From an uncultured Thermoleophilia bacterium (GTDB taxonomy: Bacteria; Actinomycetota; Thermoleophilia; UBA2241), in contig CAVQSP010000013.1 of NCBI GenBank assembly GCA_963715985.1, positions 96,001-160,000 on the forward strand: DNA of 64,000 nt, given 5' to 3'. Under the pieces are notes generated by a model, which saw only the letters and a list, made by a program, of their open reading frames with translations, did no database searches and had not been told where the DNA came from. Position numbers and translations under genes: made by a program. Shown here one piece after another: positions 50,420-61,463 of the stretch. Positions within the stretch are counted from its first letter, which is position 1. Each line of letters opens with the position of its first letter.

Positions 50420-51394
50420 TCAGGGGGTGGGCAGCACCCGCTCGTACACGAGGTGCGAGCCGCGGACCGGCGCCATGCCCACCGACCCGTACAGCTGCAT
50501 GGCCCCGGTGGGGTTCTCGCTGTCCACGCCGAGGTAGGCGGCCGGCAGTCCGCGCCGGTGGAACTCGGCGAAGGAGTGCAGCAGCAGCGCGCGGCCCAGT
50601 CCGCGGCCGCGCCACGGACGGCGCACGGCGAGCTCGTCCACGTACGCGCCCAGCGGAGTCGTGAACGCGAGGAGCACGCCGGCCACCTCACCGCCGTCCC
50701 AGGCCACCCACCAGAGGCCGAGGTCGAGGTCGGGACGCTCGAAGCGGAACGCGAGCCACTCGCCGAAGTCCATCACCTCCGGGCGCCAGTGGTCCTGGAA
50801 GGCCTCGCTGACGGCGGCGTGCACGGCCGCCTCGTCGTGATCGCGGCGAAAGCCGCGGACGGCGATGCCGGGCGGCCAGACCGGTGCCGCGGGCGGCTCC
50901 GCGAGCGAGACCTGCAGGCGCATGAAGGTGCGCACGTGGCGGTAGCTGCGCGCGGCGTAGAGGGCGATCCGCTCTCCGTCCTTCTCGTGGGCCCAGACGC
51001 TGAGCGTCGCGGCCGCCGGAGGCTCCGCGGCGGCGGCCACCTGTGCCGCGCGTTCCTCGCTGCGCTCGAGCAGGAATTCGTCGATGCCCCGTCCGCGGTG
51101 GTCCGGGTGCACGATGGGTCCCGAGACGAACATGGCCGGCGGGTCCTCCTGGTACACGTACCCGTACCCGACGACCTCGCCCGAGGAGGATTCGACAAGC
51201 CACACATCGTCGTCCGTCCTCAAGCGCGGCAGCGACCACTCCTCCGCCACTTCGTGTTCGGTGGCGTCGCTCTCCCCGTGGCGGTCGATGTCACAGGCCC
51301 GCTTCAAGGCCGCGACCGCCGCCACGTCGTGCGGCCGGGGCCGCCGCACGCGGTACCCGGCCGGCGGGGCCGGCCATGCAGGTGTGTGTGACAT
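50420..51394 (-). CDS. Tandem GNAT acetyltransferase (MshD-like fold)
   Basis: Two acetyl-CoA motifs, VHPDHRGRGI and VRRPWRGRGLGRALL; LGVDSENPTGAMQLYGSVGM. Confidence 0.85.
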   Translation of the reverse strand: MSHTPAWPAPPAGYRVRRPRPHDVAAVAALKRACDIDRHGESDATEHEVAEEWSLPRLRTDDDVWLVESSSGEVVGYGYVYQEDPPAMFVSGPIVHPDHRGRGIDEFLLERSEERAAQVAAAAEPPAAATLSVWAHEKDGERIALYAARSYRHVRTFMRLQVSLAEPPAAPVWPPGIAVRGFRRDHDEAAVHAAVSEAFQDHWRPEVMDFGEWLAFRFERPDLDLGLWWVAWDGGEVAGVLLAFTTPLGAYVDELAVRRPWRGRGLGRALLLHSFAEFHRRGLPAAYLGVDSENPTGAMQLYGSVGMAPVRGSHLVYERVLPTP

Positions 51395-51657
51395 CACGCT
51401 CCTCGCCCAAGCTTGATGTCTCCCGAGGGTGACGCCCGGATTCTACCTCGCAGCGCCGGCGAACCTCGGCCAGTCGCCCGTCGTCTCCCGCTCGGGGACG
51501 ACGACGGGCCCGGCACCTCTACTGCCCGTCGTCAGGGGCTGCTGGGGGCAGCAGCGGCGAGGGAGGCGGTGGCGTCACGCCACCGCCTCCCATCGTCGTT
51601 CATCAGGGCCGCTTCCCGCTCAGCCGGCTCGGCGCACACTCGCTGGGAAAGATTTGC

Positions 51658-51684
51658 ACAAGTTTGTTGTACGGGTGCCGATAA
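51658..51684 (+). promoter_or_regulatory. sigma28/WhiG-type promoter ACAAGTTT-N11-GCCGATAA
   Basis: Near-perfect match to the extended sigma28 consensus TAAAGTTT-N11-GCCGATAA, 22 nt upstream of GTG 51707. Confidence 0.8.
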
Positions 51685-51706
51685 ATCCCCTGCGGGATCA
51701 CGGGGC

Positions 51707-54700
51707 GTGGTGAGAGCGAACGAGCGGACAAGCGGACTTCTGAGCGTGACCGAGGCGGCGACCGAGCTCGGCGTCAGCGCGGCCACCCTCCGCCGGGCGT
51801 GCGACGCCGGCGCCGTGGCCTGCCGGCGCAGCCCGGGGGGGCACCGGCGCTTCGCCCGCGACGACCTGCGGGGCCTGTCCCGCGACAGGGTGCTGCGTGC
51901 CGGCCGTGACGGCAACCCGGCGGAACGCGAGGTGCTGCGCGCGCTGGCCGACCTCGGCGAGGCCGTGAGCCGCTGGCGCGACGTGGACGAGACTGCTCCG
52001 CTCGGTCGCGGGCCTGATGCTCTCGGCGACAGGCGCGGTGACCTGCGACATCTTCAAGCTCGAGGAAGAGGGCGTGCACCGCTGCCTGGTGAGCCTGGAC
52101 AGGACCGGGCCCGACGAGGCCGCCACAGGGTCGGTCCTGCGGACCGAGGTGTACGCCAACGCCGGGCAGGCGATCGCCACGCAGACGGCGGTGGTCGTGG
52201 AGGACCGCAGCCATCCCTCCCTGACGGCCGAGGACATCGCCGTGTACGACGAGTACGGGTTCGAGTCCGAGGTGCTCGTCCCCCTCATCGTCGAGGACCG
52301 CGTGGTCGGCCTCGTCAACCTGTACTCCGACCGTCCGAACGGCTTCGCCTCCTCGCTGGAGTACCTGCGCGGCGCCGGCCACGTCGTCGCCGGCGCTCTC
52401 GAGAAGGCTCTGCTGCTCGCGGCGCTCGAGGACCGCGACCGCATCATGCTCGAGCTCCTCGAGATCGCCGGCCTGCTGGCGCAGACCCACGACGTGGAGG
52501 AGCTCCTGCGGTCGGTGGCGTTGCGGCTGCTGGCGGCCGTGCACGCCTCCCACTGCGACATCTACCGGCGCGACGCGGCGGGCTACGTGTGCGTTGTGAG
52601 CGCCGGCCGCGACGGCTTCCTGGACTGGTACGAGGGTGAGCGCCTGGGCCCTGCCGCCAGCCCGTCGAGCATCGAAGGCGCTGGCGGAGAACAGGCCTCT
52701 CGTCGTGGTGGACGTGGCGGGATCCGACCTCACGGACGCCGAGAAGGAGGTGCTTCTCCGGCAGGACATCGCCAGCGAGTTCGGCATCCCGCTGGTCGCC
52801 AGCGACCAGAGTGTCGGGTTCATCGACCTCTTCGACACGAGGCCGCGCGACTGGCGTGAGTGCACCGAGTTCGCCGTGGCCGCGGGACAGCTGATCGCCG
52901 GCACCCTGCAGAACGCGGCCCTCTTCGGCGACCTGCAGCGCAGCAACAGGGAGACGGAACTGCTGAACGAGATCGCCCGGCGCACCGCGGCCAGCCTCGA
53001 CCTCGGCGAGATCGTAGAGGCCGCCGTGGCCAGCCTCGCGCGCCTCGCCCCGATCGCCACGTACAGCTTGGCCCTGCTCGAGGACGGCGAGTTCCGCGTG
53101 GTATACGGGTCGCAGAAGCGGCGGCGGTCGGTACCGGGCGATGACTGCGCCGCCGTCGACGATGGGTTGCTCGACAAGCTGCGCAACGAACGGGTCATCG
53201 TGGCCGACGCGCCTTCCGGACGCGATGGGCTTGCCGGGCATCGCGCCGTGGCCGGCAACGCGTCCAGGGTGGACATCGCTCTCTTCGAACAGCACATCCT
53301 CATCGGCGTGCTGATGATAGGCAGCGAGACACCGGGCGCGTTCTCCGCCCTGGGACGCGGCGTCTTCGAAGGCATCGGCACCCATCTCTCCCTGGCGGCC
53401 AACAACGCGCGCCTCTACCAGGAGATCAAGACCCTGCACTTGAGCAACCTGATGGGGCTCTCCACGGCGCTGAACGCGAAGGACTACTACACGCTCGGCC
53501 ATGCCGCGCGGGTGGCCGCCTACATCGTCCTGCTGGGCGACGAGCTCGGGATGGGACTCCGAGTGGACCGAGCGCGTGCGCGAGGCGGCCTACCTTCACG
53601 ACATCGGCAAGATCGGCGTGTCCGACCGCGTCCTGTTGAAGCAGGGCCAGCTGAACAAGGAGGAGTGGGAGCTGATGCGGCAGCACCCCGTGGTGAGTGC
53701 CGAGATCATCAAGCCGCTCTTCGCTCCCGATCTCGTGGCCGCCGTCCGCCATCACCACGAGCGGTTCGAAGGCGGCGGGTATCCGACCGGAATGGCCGGC
53801 GACGACATCCCCGAGCTCGCTCGAGCCCTGTGCGTCGTCGATTCCTATGACGCCATGTCTCTGCAGCGCCCGTACCGCAACGCTCTCGAGGCGGACGAGT
53901 GCGTGGAGGAGCTCAAGCACTGCCGGGGCTCGCAATTCGACCCGCGGATGACCGATGCCTTTCTGCGCGTCCTCGAGCGGCTCACCGCGCTTCGCGCGCG
54001 GGCGCAGAGCGCCGCCGCCGAGGCGGCGGCGCGCATCGACCCGCTGCGGCACGCGCGTCTCCGCGTGCTCGCCGACGAGGCGCGGCCGGAGTACGCCGAG
54101 GTGCGGGAGGTGCTCCGCGAGGTGCGTGACGCGCACCCGGAGGTCCGCTTCCTGACCACGGGGGCGCTGATGGATGGACAGAGCGTGATCGTCGTGGACG
54201 CCGAGGACTACGACTCCGAGGACCGCTCACCCTTGGGCGAGGAGATCATGGCCGACGACGCTCTCCTGCAGGTGCTCTCCGGCCGGCCGCTGCTGTCCAA
54301 CGTGCTCTTCGTGGACAACTTCGGCGTCTGGGTCAACGGCGTCGTGCCCCTGTGCGGCGACGATGGGCAGATCCTCGCCGCCGTGGTCGCCGACGTGCCG
54401 GCCCTGCCGTCCGGTGGCGCGAAGGGCTTCGCGCGCATGACCACCGAGACCCCGGTCTCCACACTGCAGGAGGCGGCGGTGCGCCTGAGCCGCGCCGAGA
54501 TCGAGTCGATCACCGACGGCCTCACCGGCCTCTACAACCATCGCTATCTGCACGAACGTCTCAGCGAAGAGCTGCGCCGCGCGCGCCAGGAGTCGTCCGG
54601 TCTCTCGCTGCTGTTCTGCGACCTGGACTTCTTCAAAACGTTCAACGACCGTCTGGGCCACGCGGCCGGGGACGAGGCGTTGCGCGCCACGGCGCGCATC

Positions 54701-54994
54701 ATCGAGGGGTGCACGCGCCGCGCCGACCTCGCCGCCCGATACGGCGGCGAGGAGTTCGTCGTCGTGCTGCCGGGGACCAGCGAGAAGGAGGCCCAGGAGA
54801 TCGCCGGCCGCATCCGCACGACGGTCGCGGCGCATCACCGCGACGGCGGCGGCCTCACGATAAGCATCGGCGTGGCCGCGTTCCCCGCGGCGGCCGAGAC
54901 CAAGGAGGCGCTGCTCGAGGCCGCCGACCGTGCCCTGTACATGGCCAAGCGGCTCGGGCGCGACCGCGTGGAGGTGGCGGCGCGCAGCCGCTGA
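51707..54994 (+). CDS. BldC/excisionase-like HTH, 3 GAF, HD-GYP, Cache-like insert, GGDEF; paralog of 11027..16369; frameshifts near 51995, 52660 and 53550
   Basis: LSVTEAATELGVSAATLRRACDAGAVACRRSPGGHRRF; ALNAKDYYTLGHAARVAAY identical to the paralog; HDIGK, HHERFEGGGYP, RRADLAARYGGEEF. Confidence 0.85.
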
Positions 54995-55038
54995 GGAGTG
55001 AAGGCGCGGCCGGCGACGTGTGCGCGCCGCGCCGCGCA

Positions 55039-56139
55039 TCACCCGGTGTGCATGAAGTTGATCACGTCGCCGTCCTGGACGACGTACTCCTTGCCCTCGG
55101 TGCGCAGAAGTGCCTTCTCGCGGGCCGCGTGGAACGAGCGCAGCTCGATCAGGTCCCCGATGCTCACCACCTGGGCGCGCACGAACCCGTGCTCGATGTC
55201 GCTGTGGATGCGGCCGGCGGCCTGCTTGGCCGTCCAGCCGCGGGGCAGTTGCCAGGCGCGCGACTCGCTGCTGCGGAAGTCGCCGGTGAAGAAGGTGATG
55301 TACCCGAGCGCCTCGTAGGCGGCGCGGATGAGCACATCCACGGCGCCCGCGGCTTCGCCGCCGAGCTCATTGCGGAAGAGCGCAGCCTCCTCCTCCTCGA
55401 GGTCGGCGAGCTCGGCCTCGAGGCGCGCGGCGACGGCGACCACCTGGTCGCCCCGGCCGCGCGCCCACTCCACGAACCCGGTGAACTCGGCGAGCACGAC
55501 GTCGCCGCCGGCATCGTCGTCGGTGTTGAGGACGAAGAGCACCGGACGGTCGCTGACGAGTGCCAGCTCGCGGAACAGGGGCCCCTCCTCCGGCGCGCGC
55601 TCGAAGGCGCGCGCCAGACTGCCCTCCAGCAGGCTTGCGTGCAGCTTCTCCAGCACGGCCAGCTCGTGTTGCGCCGCCTTGTCGCCGCTGCGCGCCGCTT
55701 TGCGCGTCTTGTCCAGGCGGCGCTCGACCAGCTCGAGGTCGCTCAGCACCAGCTCCGTCTCCACCAGCTCGACGTCGGCCAGTGGGTCCGCGCCCTCGCG
55801 CACGTGCGCGACCTCGGGGTTGCCGAACACGCGCACCACGTGCGCCACGGCGTCGACGCCGCGGATGTCGGAGAGGAACCTGTTGCCCAGTCCCTCGCCG
55901 CGGCTGGCGCCCTCCGCGAGGCCGGCGATGTCCACCACATCGATGGTCGCGTTGACCTTCTTGGGCGTCTCGAGGACTTCATCGAGCTCGTCCAGGCGGG
56001 GGTCCGGCACGGCGACCACGCCCATGTTGGACTCCGCCGACGTGTACGCGTACGCGGTCGCCGCCGCGTGCCCATGGGTGAGCGCGTTGAAGAGGGTCGT
56101 CTTGCCCACGTTGGGCAGACCGACGATGCCGAGTTTCAC
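55039..56139 (-). CDS. ychF: Redox-regulated ATPase YchF
   Basis: GIVGLPNVGKTTLFNALT, VDIAGL, GEGLGNRFL, AGRIHSD, EGKEYVVQDGD. Confidence 0.95.
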   Translation of the reverse strand: MKLGIVGLPNVGKTTLFNALTHGHAAATAYAYTSAESNMGVVAVPDPRLDELDEVLETPKKVNATIDVVDIAGLAEGASRGEGLGNRFLSDIRGVDAVAHVVRVFGNPEVAHVREGADPLADVELVETELVLSDLELVERRLDKTRKAARSGDKAAQHELAVLEKLHASLLEGSLARAFERAPEEGPLFRELALVSDRPVLFVLNTDDDAGGDVVLAEFTGFVEWARGRGDQVVAVAARLEAELADLEEEEAALFRNELGGEAAGAVDVLIRAAYEALGYITFFTGDFRSSESRAWQLPRGWTAKQAAGRIHSDIEHGFVRAQVVSIGDLIELRSFHAAREKALLRTEGKEYVVQDGDVINFMHTG

Positions 56140-57149
56140 GGGGTCTTCTCCAGTTTGCTGGTGAGCAGGGTCTCGAGCAGACGCGTGAGCTGTGCGAGCT
56201 GCTTCCTCACGCGCCCCGGGTAGCGGCCGTCGATGAAGGCCACGGTGTCCCTGGCGGTGTGCCACAGCTCTCCGGCAGCGGCGGTCGCGGTCCTGCCGTC
56301 GCCCTTGCCGGCGGTCCAGTTGGTGGACGTGAAGACCGCCGTGGCGATGCCGTTGAGCGCGAAGGGGTCGTCGTCGCTGGGCGACCACGTGATGCCGGCG
56401 GGCCGGCCCTTGCCCGCGGGGCTGGACTCGAGAGGGATGCCCAGGCTCTTGGCCGCCGAGAGCGCGTCGTCGCGTAGCCACGCCGGGCTGCCGTATCTGC
56501 TGGTGACGCTGATGAAGTCCCCGCCTGCCGGCGCGTCGAGGTCGATCATGCCGATGGTCGCCTTCTTCTGTACGGCACTCATCGTCTTCACGTAGTAGCG
56601 CGAGCCGACCAGGCCCTTCTCCTCGGCGCCGAACGCCACGAAGACGACGGTGTACGGCGTGGGCTGCGACTTGATCCGGGCCGCCGTCTCCAGCAGCAGG
56701 CCGATGCCCGTGGCGTTGTCGCTGTAGCCCTGGCCCACGGGAGCCGAGTCGTAGTGGGCGCCCACGATCAGCTGCTTGGCCGAGTCCCCCTCCTTGACTG
56801 CGAAGATGTTGGCGGAGTGCACCTGGCCGCCCTTGCCGGGGGCGATGAACTCCTGCAGGCGGGGGAAGAAGCCGTACTGCTGGAAGGCGTCGTAGATGGC
56901 CTCGCGAGCGCGGATCTCGCCCCAGGTGTCGGCGACGCGGTGCGGCACAGTCTGGGCAAGCGTTCTGGCGGTGACGGCGGCCACCGAGCCGTACGCGGAG
57001 GACGTGACGGCGGCCGAGGGGCGGCCGGCCTTGGTGGCCGTCTCGGAACAGCCGCCGAACGCGCCGGCGGCCGCCACGCCGACGGCTACGACCAGCGCCG
57101 CCGCCACGGCGATGGCCAGCCACGCACCGCGGGTGCGCAGGGCGGTCAC
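56136..57149 (-). CDS. M28 family aminopeptidase (exported/lipoprotein)
   Basis: IVGAHYDS, DNATG, FGAEEKGLVGS, SDD, WHTARD. Confidence 0.88.
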   Translation of the reverse strand: MTALRTRGAWLAIAVAAALVVAVGVAAAGAFGGCSETATKAGRPSAAVTSSAYGSVAAVTARTLAQTVPHRVADTWGEIRAREAIYDAFQQYGFFPRLQEFIAPGKGGQVHSANIFAVKEGDSAKQLIVGAHYDSAPVGQGYSDNATGIGLLLETAARIKSQPTPYTVVFVAFGAEEKGLVGSRYYVKTMSAVQKKATIGMIDLDAPAGGDFISVTSRYGSPAWLRDDALSAAKSLGIPLESSPAGKGRPAGITWSPSDDDPFALNGIATAVFTSTNWTAGKGDGRTATAAAGELWHTARDTVAFIDGRYPGRVRKQLAQLTRLLETLLTSKLEKTP

Positions 57150-57150
57150 C

Positions 57151-57738
57151 TCAGAACCCCACCGGGACGAGCAGGACCCAGAGGCCGCCGAACAGCAGGC
57201 CGTATGCGAGCCCGCCCAGCACGTCGCCCAGGTAGTGCACGCCGAGGTACACGCGGCTGAAACACAGGACGGCAGTGAGTGCGATGAGCCAGGGCAGCGC
57301 CCAGGGGTAGAGCGCAGCCAGAGTGAACGTGGCCACGATGGACATGCTCGCGTGCGACGAGGGGAACGACTTGCTGTGCGGCAACGGGATCTGTCGCGGC
57401 TGGTCCGGGTCGGCCACGGGCGGGCGCTGGCGGGCCACGAAGTGCTTGATGACGAAGCCGGTGGCCTCCACCAGCGTCACCGGCACGGCCACGTAGAGCG
57501 CCGTGCGGAGCGGGTCCGGTTCCCCGAACAGCCAGGGGAGGAGCGCGACCACGTACCAGAGGATGCCGTAGTTGGCGGTCAGCGACAGCGCGCCCAGCGG
57601 CAGCGTGAACCAGCGCGGGTGCGGCCATGCGACGGCGGCACGACGCGACAGGGATCGGTCGAGGCGGTCGAGGCGGCCGGAGGAGGGAGTCGGCACGGCG
57701 TCTGTGGAGCCGGGGGCGAGGGGCATCGGAATCGTCAT
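57151..57738 (-). CDS. PAP2 family phosphatase
   Basis: KxxxxRxRP, SFPSSH, SRVYLGVHYLGD. Confidence 0.9.
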   Translation of the reverse strand: MTIPMPLAPGSTDAVPTPSSGRLDRLDRSLSRRAAVAWPHPRWFTLPLGALSLTANYGILWYVVALLPWLFGEPDPLRTALYVAVPVTLVEATGFVIKHFVARQRPPVADPDQPRQIPLPHSKSFPSSHASMSIVATFTLAALYPWALPWLIALTAVLCFSRVYLGVHYLGDVLGGLAYGLLFGGLWVLLVPVGF

Positions 57739-57789
57739 TCAGTATACTATCCCCCTGTTCCCGCCCACCCCGCCGCGAGGATGGTCCCC

Positions 57790-58065
57790 ATGCGCACCAC
57801 GGTCATCGTCACCGCGCTCGGCCCGGACGGCCACGGCCTTCTGGCCACGGTGGCGACCACCGTCGCCGACTGCAACGCCAACATCGACGACGTCAGCCAG
57901 ACCGTGGCCAACGGCATGTTCACCATGATCATGTTCGTCTCGTTCGACGAGACCGAGACGACCATGGCCGACCTCAAGGCCGCCCTCGAGGCGACCGGTG
58001 AGCGCATCGGGCTGCAGATCCACGTGCAGCACGAGAACATCTTCAAGTTCATGCACCGCATCTGA
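57790..58065 (+). CDS. ACT-domain protein (UPF0237)
   Basis: VIVTALGPDGHG, NIDDVSQTV, FTMIM, QHENIFKFMHRI. Confidence 0.9.
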   Translation: MRTTVIVTALGPDGHGLLATVATTVADCNANIDDVSQTVANGMFTMIMFVSFDETETTMADLKAALEATGERIGLQIHVQHENIFKFMHRI

Positions 58066-58117
58066 GGCCGGCGGCGGGGCCCCGCGGGCCCGCCGGCCCA
58101 TCCGCCGGGGAGGCGCA

Positions 58118-59482
58118 GTGGTCTTCATCACCGAGCAGGAGATCCTCGAGACCGTCAACATGATCCGGTCCGAGAACCTGGACGTGCGCGCGGTCACGAT
58201 GGGCATCTCTCTCGACGACTGCTCGGAGCGTGACCCGCGACGCACCGCGGAGCGCATCCACGCCAAGATCGTGCAACGCGCGGGGCGGCTGGTGGCCGTG
58301 GCCGATCAGCTCGAGGAGAAGTACGGCATCCCCATCGTCAACAAGCGCGTCTCGCTCACGCCCATCGCCGGGGTGGTGGGCAGTGACGACCCCGCCGCCT
58401 ACGTCGAGGTGGCGCGCGCCCTGGACGTCGCCGCCGAGGAGATCGGCATCGACTTCGTCGGCGGCTTCAGCGCCCTGGTGCAGAAGGGCTTCACGCGCGG
58501 CGACGCGGCGCTGATCGAGGCCATCCCCGTCGCCATCAGCGGCACGCGACGGGTGTGCTCGTCCGTCAACGTGGCGTCCACGCGCGCCGGCATCAACATG
58601 GACGCCGTCGTGCGCATGGCGGACGTCATCAAGGCGCTCTCCACGCTCACCGCCGCGGACGACTGCATCGGCTGCGCCAAGCTGGTGGTGTTCTGCAACG
58701 TACCTGAGGACAACCCGTTCATGGCGGGCGCGCTGCACGGCAGCGGTGAGCCTGAGGTGAGCGTCAATGTGGCCATCTCCGGCCCCGGCGTGGTGCGCAA
58801 CGCCGTGGAGCAGAACCCCGGGGCGTCGCTGATAGAGCTCGCCGACCTCATCAAGCGCACCACGTTCAAGATCACGCGTGTCGGCGAGCTGGTGGCCCGC
58901 GAGGCCTCTCAGATGCTCAACGCGCAGATGGGCATCATCGACCTTTCGCTGGCGCCGACGCCGGCCGTCGGCGACTCCATCGCCGAGATCCTCGAGAGCA
59001 TGGGCCTGGGGCAGGTCGGCGCCCCCGGTACCACGGCCGCCCTCGCCATGCTGAACGACGCGGTGAAGAAGGGCGGCACGATGGCGACCTCCTCCACCGG
59101 CGGGCTCTCCGGCGCCTTCATCCCCGTCAGCGAGGACGCCGCCATGGCCAGGGCCGCGGCCGACGGCGTCCTCAGTGTGGAGAAGCTGGAGGCCATGACC
59201 GCGGTGTGTTCGCTCGGCCTGGACATGATCATGGTGCCGGGCGACATCTCGCGCAACGCACTCGCCGGCATGATCGCGGACGTCATGGCCATCGGCATGA
59301 TCAATTCCAAGACCACGGGCGCGCGGCTCATCCCGGCCTACGGCAAGAAGGTGGGCGACTGGGTCAACCTGGGCGGCCTCTTCGGTGCCGGGCCCGTGAT
59401 GGCGGTCAGTCAGGCCGGCAACGACGCGTTCATGGAGCGCGGCGGGCGCATCCCGGCTCCTCTGCAGAGCCTCACCAACTAG
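58118..59482 (+). CDS. UPF0210/DUF711 (PFL-like) family protein
   Basis: EILETVNMI...LDVRAVTMGISL, GIPIVNKRVS, PEDNPFMAGALHG, GGLSGAFIPVSED, RIPAPLQSL. Confidence 0.92.
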   Translation: MVFITEQEILETVNMIRSENLDVRAVTMGISLDDCSERDPRRTAERIHAKIVQRAGRLVAVADQLEEKYGIPIVNKRVSLTPIAGVVGSDDPAAYVEVARALDVAAEEIGIDFVGGFSALVQKGFTRGDAALIEAIPVAISGTRRVCSSVNVASTRAGINMDAVVRMADVIKALSTLTAADDCIGCAKLVVFCNVPEDNPFMAGALHGSGEPEVSVNVAISGPGVVRNAVEQNPGASLIELADLIKRTTFKITRVGELVAREASQMLNAQMGIIDLSLAPTPAVGDSIAEILESMGLGQVGAPGTTAALAMLNDAVKKGGTMATSSTGGLSGAFIPVSEDAAMARAAADGVLSVEKLEAMTAVCSLGLDMIMVPGDISRNALAGMIADVMAIGMINSKTTGARLIPAYGKKVGDWVNLGGLFGAGPVMAVSQAGNDAFMERGGRIPAPLQSLTN

Positions 59483-59518
59483 AGGGGCCGCCGTCGTTCC
59501 GCCGGGTGCCCGCGCCCC

Positions 59519-60330
59519 TCAGCGCTGCAGCACGCCACAGGTCTCAGTCGAAGGACTCGTGCGGTGGGGCCGAGGGCGGATGGGGCCGCCGGTGCGGTCC
59601 TCGATCATCGTGTGGATGGCGGCCGCGGACTCCTGCATCCCGAGCGCGCGCGAGATCTTCTCGGCCTCGGTGAGCTGCAGCACCGCGTCGATGGTCTGGC
59701 CCTGCTCGCGGTAGCGGGTCGCCTGGTCGATCTCGAACTTGACCAGGTCCATGAGCATGTGCCGGACCTCCGGGTCGTCGACATCGATGACCTTGCTGCT
59801 CGTGGTGACGATGATGTCCGAGAGCGGTACCTTGCGACTCGCCGCGGCGTGCTCGGGCGTCGCGACGGCCGGCATCTCCTCGGTGGTGGTGCCGGCGTCC
59901 GGCTCCGGCCCCGACGGCACTGCGACGGCCTCCGTGGCGGGCGCGGGTGGTTGTGGCTCCGGGACGACGGGCTCGACCGGCGGGGCCGACGTCGCGGCGA
60001 AATCAGAAGCGGGTTGTGGCGGCGGCGGGCCCCAGTCGAGGCTCAGCGGGCCGTCCGGCTCAGCGGTCGCGACGGCGCGGGCACGGCCGCGGCCGGATCG
60101 CGCAGCGCGCGCGTGCCCTCCGGGTCGAGCGTGACGTCTTCCATCGGCTGCTCCGCCTTGCCGAGGGCGGCGAGCGTGTCCTGTGGGGCGGCGTCGAGGA
60201 AGGAGGCGTCGGGCTGCTCCGCCGGCGCTCCGCCGGCGGAGCCACGGCGCCTGGTCACCAGCAGGGCGACGATGAGCAGCACGACGACGGCCGCCGCGAC
60301 GGCGATGCCCACGATCTGCACGGTGGTCAT
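59519..60330 (-). CDS. Membrane-anchored hypothetical protein with Pro/Ala-rich linker; frameshifted near 60060
   Basis: N-terminal TM (ORF 60043..60330) plus folded C-terminal domain VPLSDIIVTTS...DAVLQLTEAEK (ORF 59519..59920). Confidence 0.55.
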
Positions 60331-60427
60331 GGTCCCTGGGTCCCTTGCGTGGTCATGAGTGCCTTGTCGCTAGATGTTCGCCTGCATGCCGGGCATTCCT
60401 CGCCGCCGGCGACGATACAATGGCGGC

Positions 60428-61463
60428 GTGATCGATCCACGCGATATCGCCGCTGCTGCCGCCGAGCTGGGGGTGCCTGCATACCGTACTCGCCAGGTGT
60501 ACGAGGCGCTCACCCGAGGCCTCGTCACGGATCTCGGCCAGATTACCACGCTCCCCCTCGGCCTGAGGAGTGCCCTGGCCACCCGGCTCACACCGGTTTC
60601 GTTGTCGCCGGTGGAGACGTTTCGCGCTCCTCGCGACGCCGCGCACAAGACGCTGTTCAGCGCGGCTGACGGCGAGCCGGTCGAAGCGGTGCTCATGAAG
60701 TACCCCAAGCGGGCCACCGTGTGTGTCTCTTCGCAGGTCGGATGCGCGGTGGGGTGCGTCTTCTGCGCCTCGGGCCGTCTCGGCCTGCGCCGTGACCTGA
60801 GCGCGGAGGAGATGGTCGACCAGGTGCTGCACTTCGCGCGCGTCCTCCGCGACGACGGGCGGAGCGTCACCAACGTGGTGTTCATGGGCATGGGTGAGCC
60901 GTTCCACAACTACGACGAGACCCTGCGCGCCTGCCGGCTGCTCAACGATCCCGACGGGATTCGCGCTCGGAGCCCGATCGATCGCCGTGTCCACGGTAGG
61001 AGTGGTGCCGGGCATCGACAGGTTCGCCGAGGAGCCGCTGCAGCTGCACCTCGCGGTGAGCCTGCACGCAGCGACCGACGCGCTGCGCGACACGCTCGTG
61101 CCGCTGAATCGCACGTACCCGCTGGACGAGGTCTTCGGCGCGTGCGCCCGGTACGTGCGCCGCACGCGCCGCAAGGTGCTCTTCGAGTACGTCGTCCTGG
61201 AGGGCGTCAACGACACCGACGAGCAGGTGCAGATGCTGTCCGCGCGGGTGCGCCCGCCGCACTTCCACCTCAACCTGATCGCCTACAACGAGACCGGCGG
61301 CGGCGAGTTCCGGCGGCCGCAGGCCGCGCGGCTCGCCGCCCTGCACGAGCGTCTCGTGGCGGCCGGGGTGAGCTGCACGCTGCGGCGGTCGCCGGGCGGC
61401 GAGATCGAGGCCGCGTGCGGCCAGCTCGCCCTGAGGGCGCGCGGCGGGGCGCCTCAGGCCTGA
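60428..61463 (+). CDS. rlmN: Dual-specificity RNA methyltransferase RlmN; frameshift near 60960; leaderless (TACAAT 60416-60421)
   Basis: CVSSQVGCAVGCVFCASG, VFMGMGEP, LAVSLHA, IEAACGQL. Confidence 0.92.

Noticed and set aside
2256-61463. Roughly 20 frameshifts read as programmed frameshifting, phase variation or mass pseudogenisation
   Set aside because: They hit unrelated genes including housekeeping rlmN, show no common slippery motif, and come without in-frame stops or decay; sequencing or consensus error is the simplest explanation.
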